Shown here piece by piece: positions 61,437 to 64,000 of a DNA stretch of 64,000 nucleotides (its first letter is position 1; the number at the start of each line of letters is the position of its first letter). The position numbers were made by a program, and so were the translations under genes. The stretch comes from Catajapyx aquilonaris. Lineage: Eukaryota. Below the pieces are notes generated by a model. That model saw only the letters and a program-made list of their open reading frames with translations, ran no database searches and was not told the DNA's origin. The DNA is taken from contig KZ538458.1 in NCBI GenBank assembly GCA_000934665.2, forward strand, positions 1 to 64,000. Reading direction: 5' to 3'.

Positions 61437-64000
61437 TATAAAAGGCAAAGTTGGTTTGGTTACAACAAAGTGTGGGCAAAATCCTCTCGAATTCACCTGC
61501 TATGTAATAACAAGTATAGTTGTACACCAGTGGCATCACAAAATGATGCCATGCTCCACCTGAACCATGAATTAATATCTGCACCAAGTGACGCTAATAG
61601 TGTGTAATTACATAAACCTGGACGTGCATTAAACAATCATGCTATTACGATGGTGCGGAAGTGAAGTCATACTTAAGTCAGAATGACGTGGTTCATATCC
61701 TCCGTTATGTTAGGAGGTCTAACAAGATAATGTTAGTGTCCGCCAGCGAAGGTGAGTTCCTCCAACTAGCCAGTTTGTACTGGATTTAATATGATCATAG
61801 TATGTCTCATGTATTCGTCCCGTATGTGCATGGTAAATCGGCTTTAACTACAATATGCACGTGTAATACTTCCGTTGTTTTGTAATCCCTAGCGCATACT
61901 GAGGATTAATTATGTGACTCTGCAAATTTGGTAACCCCTGCTACGACTTGACGGGGAGAACTCCGCGAATAAGGTGAAAGGATTGCTCTTGTGACTCGGA
62001 GCATGCTCAAGGTTTAATGAAATTCAGTCAATATGTCCCTGAATTGCAAATGGAGGAAGAGGGAGAGTTTGTGGAATACGGACAGATGATCAAATAACGC
62101 ATAAGTCGCCACCAAAGTGGACCTTCGAATCTATGTCGTCCGTGACTTGCGACAATCTCGGCCTTCAGCTTCCGGTTGGGTTGATTGCACTTGGTGGCTA
62201 AGAACTCCATTCCTTTTGATTGCATAACCCAAATCAGCCATTCTGATTGGCTGCAGTCACGAATTCTTCCTCGATATGATGATTTTAGATGCGGCAAGGA
62301 AATATTACATACATTGAAGACCGATACATATGAAACATACGATATCACATCACATGCTGCTGGTACACCATCATGATGAAATTGTCCATCAGATAGACAA
62401 GGTGAGTCATGGCAGCAAATTATCCACCAACCAATGGCTAGATTGAGCCAAAACAAATAGTACGTAGAGAAATGTCCATAAACCAACAGTTAACGACGTA
62501 CACGACGATGTTTGTAACTCATGACTGGGATAAATCATATTGCAAAGCGAGTGACCTCATTCTTTTAAGGATCGACCAAAGCGTTCATTGTTGTTCCCGA
62601 CTCTTTAAGTTACATGTTCGGATCTCTACATTTTTCACCCCTACATTACACACTTGTTTTGTGCCAATCTGGGCCACTGGCCACTGGATGACCTGCCGGT
62701 AGGTCTCATCCATTTTTAATTTTAAAATTATGATTTTGAACATGCTGGCTTATAACCAAAAGTCAGTATTTCAGTCATTCTCACCACTTCCATGCATAAG
62801 CCATAACCTACAATTTCATCAGTAAGGTTTTCATCTCGGGTTGACAGCTTCTACGACACTCTCGGGGAAAAAAACCCCACTGACGCTGACGCCCCTTTTC
62901 CAGCAGGACGTCGGTGAATGCACAGTGGGAGATTGTGGGACTTTTATACATCCCCGTGACATGTGTTTCCTGTCTATGGTCCAATTTTCTGGCAACATCT
63001 GATAATTCCGACAGGACTGACCTAATATTTGCTCTTTTGGTTGGAAAATACACAATGACTTTTTCTGCTGCTTTTAGCAGGTACACTGTACCAATACGAA
63101 TATAAAAGATGATTCCGCCCTTGCTATTTTCTAAGTGACCCTATACTGTTGATATTGACAATTTCGGCTCCATCTCGTTTACCCATCAGTACACTACATG
63201 GAATTTTGCCATTGACAAACACGTTTAACCACCATTTTTCTCCAATGGAAATCGGGCCACGAGGGTAATATAAATTCTAGCAAACTTCACACTAATCCCA
63301 GTCCAATCTGATGACTGACAAGCACCTTTACCAGACGGCCATCAGGGGTCGCTCTGTAAGTGGGCAAAAACAGCTGGATACCATCGGGGCGAGCCAATCT
63401 CCGCCGATCACGTCTATATCGCCCCATACTTTATAATGGTGCAGGTCTCCTCTTGGCAGCGCAATTACCTGGACGAGATGAAGTGTGGCATGTCATGCAA
63501 CGGATGGTGTGGGAGAGAACAAGCAACAGTTGACGTTCCCTGGGGTACCCTCAACATGTCGTGGGCACATAACCTGAATCATAGCTCAGATAGAAGGTCG
63601 TGTGTGGACCCTGATCACACCCTGACTACAAACGTGACAAGTGTGTACGAACAGCCATCTCTTGGCCACCAGGTTCAGACCACTCTCTCTGTCTCTCTGT
63701 ACCTGCATTGTATACCTGTACTGGACTGCTTGCAAGGTTGGACTCCATATTTAGATGGATTGATGGATGCAAGGAGGGAGGCCGATTTCTGTTCTTCCAG
63801 GACAAAAGAAATCCTTGGCCCCATTCCAATATTGCGACTCTTTAAACACCCTCCCGATTCGCAGAGAACTGGCCTCAAGGAGCGGGGCACCGCACCCATA
63901 ACTCACCCATCGCCGTTCAAGCCTAAAACCGTCCACAGGCACGTGCACCACCTAACACCATCTAATTCGGGTATCTTCGCCCATTTCCGTGCCGTTTTTT

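Noticed and set aside
45100..64000. Many 60-170 aa ORFs (e.g. 50202-50669, 55972-56481, 57629-57901, 62028-62486)
   Set aside because: No recognisable domains or consistent exon chain; the number seems compatible with chance. Small exons cannot be excluded without RNA data.
1..64000. Hammerhead ribozyme cores near CTGATGA/CTGACGA hits (e.g. 11791, 14401, 42286, 63309)
   Set aside because: None is followed by a stem II and GAAA with closing helices.

Overview
Eukaryotic (invertebrate animal, probably arthropod) genomic DNA with two convergent spliceosomal genes. On +, a DEAD-box mRNA-export helicase DDX19/DBP5: eight well-supported exons (15579-21502) plus two candidate 51-nt first coding exons (1196-1246 and 8831-8881), giving about 467 aa. 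On -, ANKRD50: five coding exons (42558-31060), about 1334 aa, with an N-terminal P-loop NTPase, ankyrin repeats, a C-terminal ETPL motif and one GC-AG intron. The rest is repeat-rich: three tRNA-derived SINE families, a 5'-truncated LINE, Tc1/mariner, piggyBac and PIF/Harbinger-like MITEs, three mariner fold-back derivatives, a probable solo LTR and microsatellites. The most notable observations are (1) an apparently duplicated promoter plus first exon of DDX19, both copies encoding LPSRRW, (2) a LINE-type 3' tail shared by three SINE families whose inner stem changes sequence but keeps pairing, and (3) a repeated LAPLAFTQ motif in ANKRD50 with all eight codons synonymously different. I found no prokaryotic-type system or CRISPR array. 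All calls come from reading and hand translation; no database search was run.
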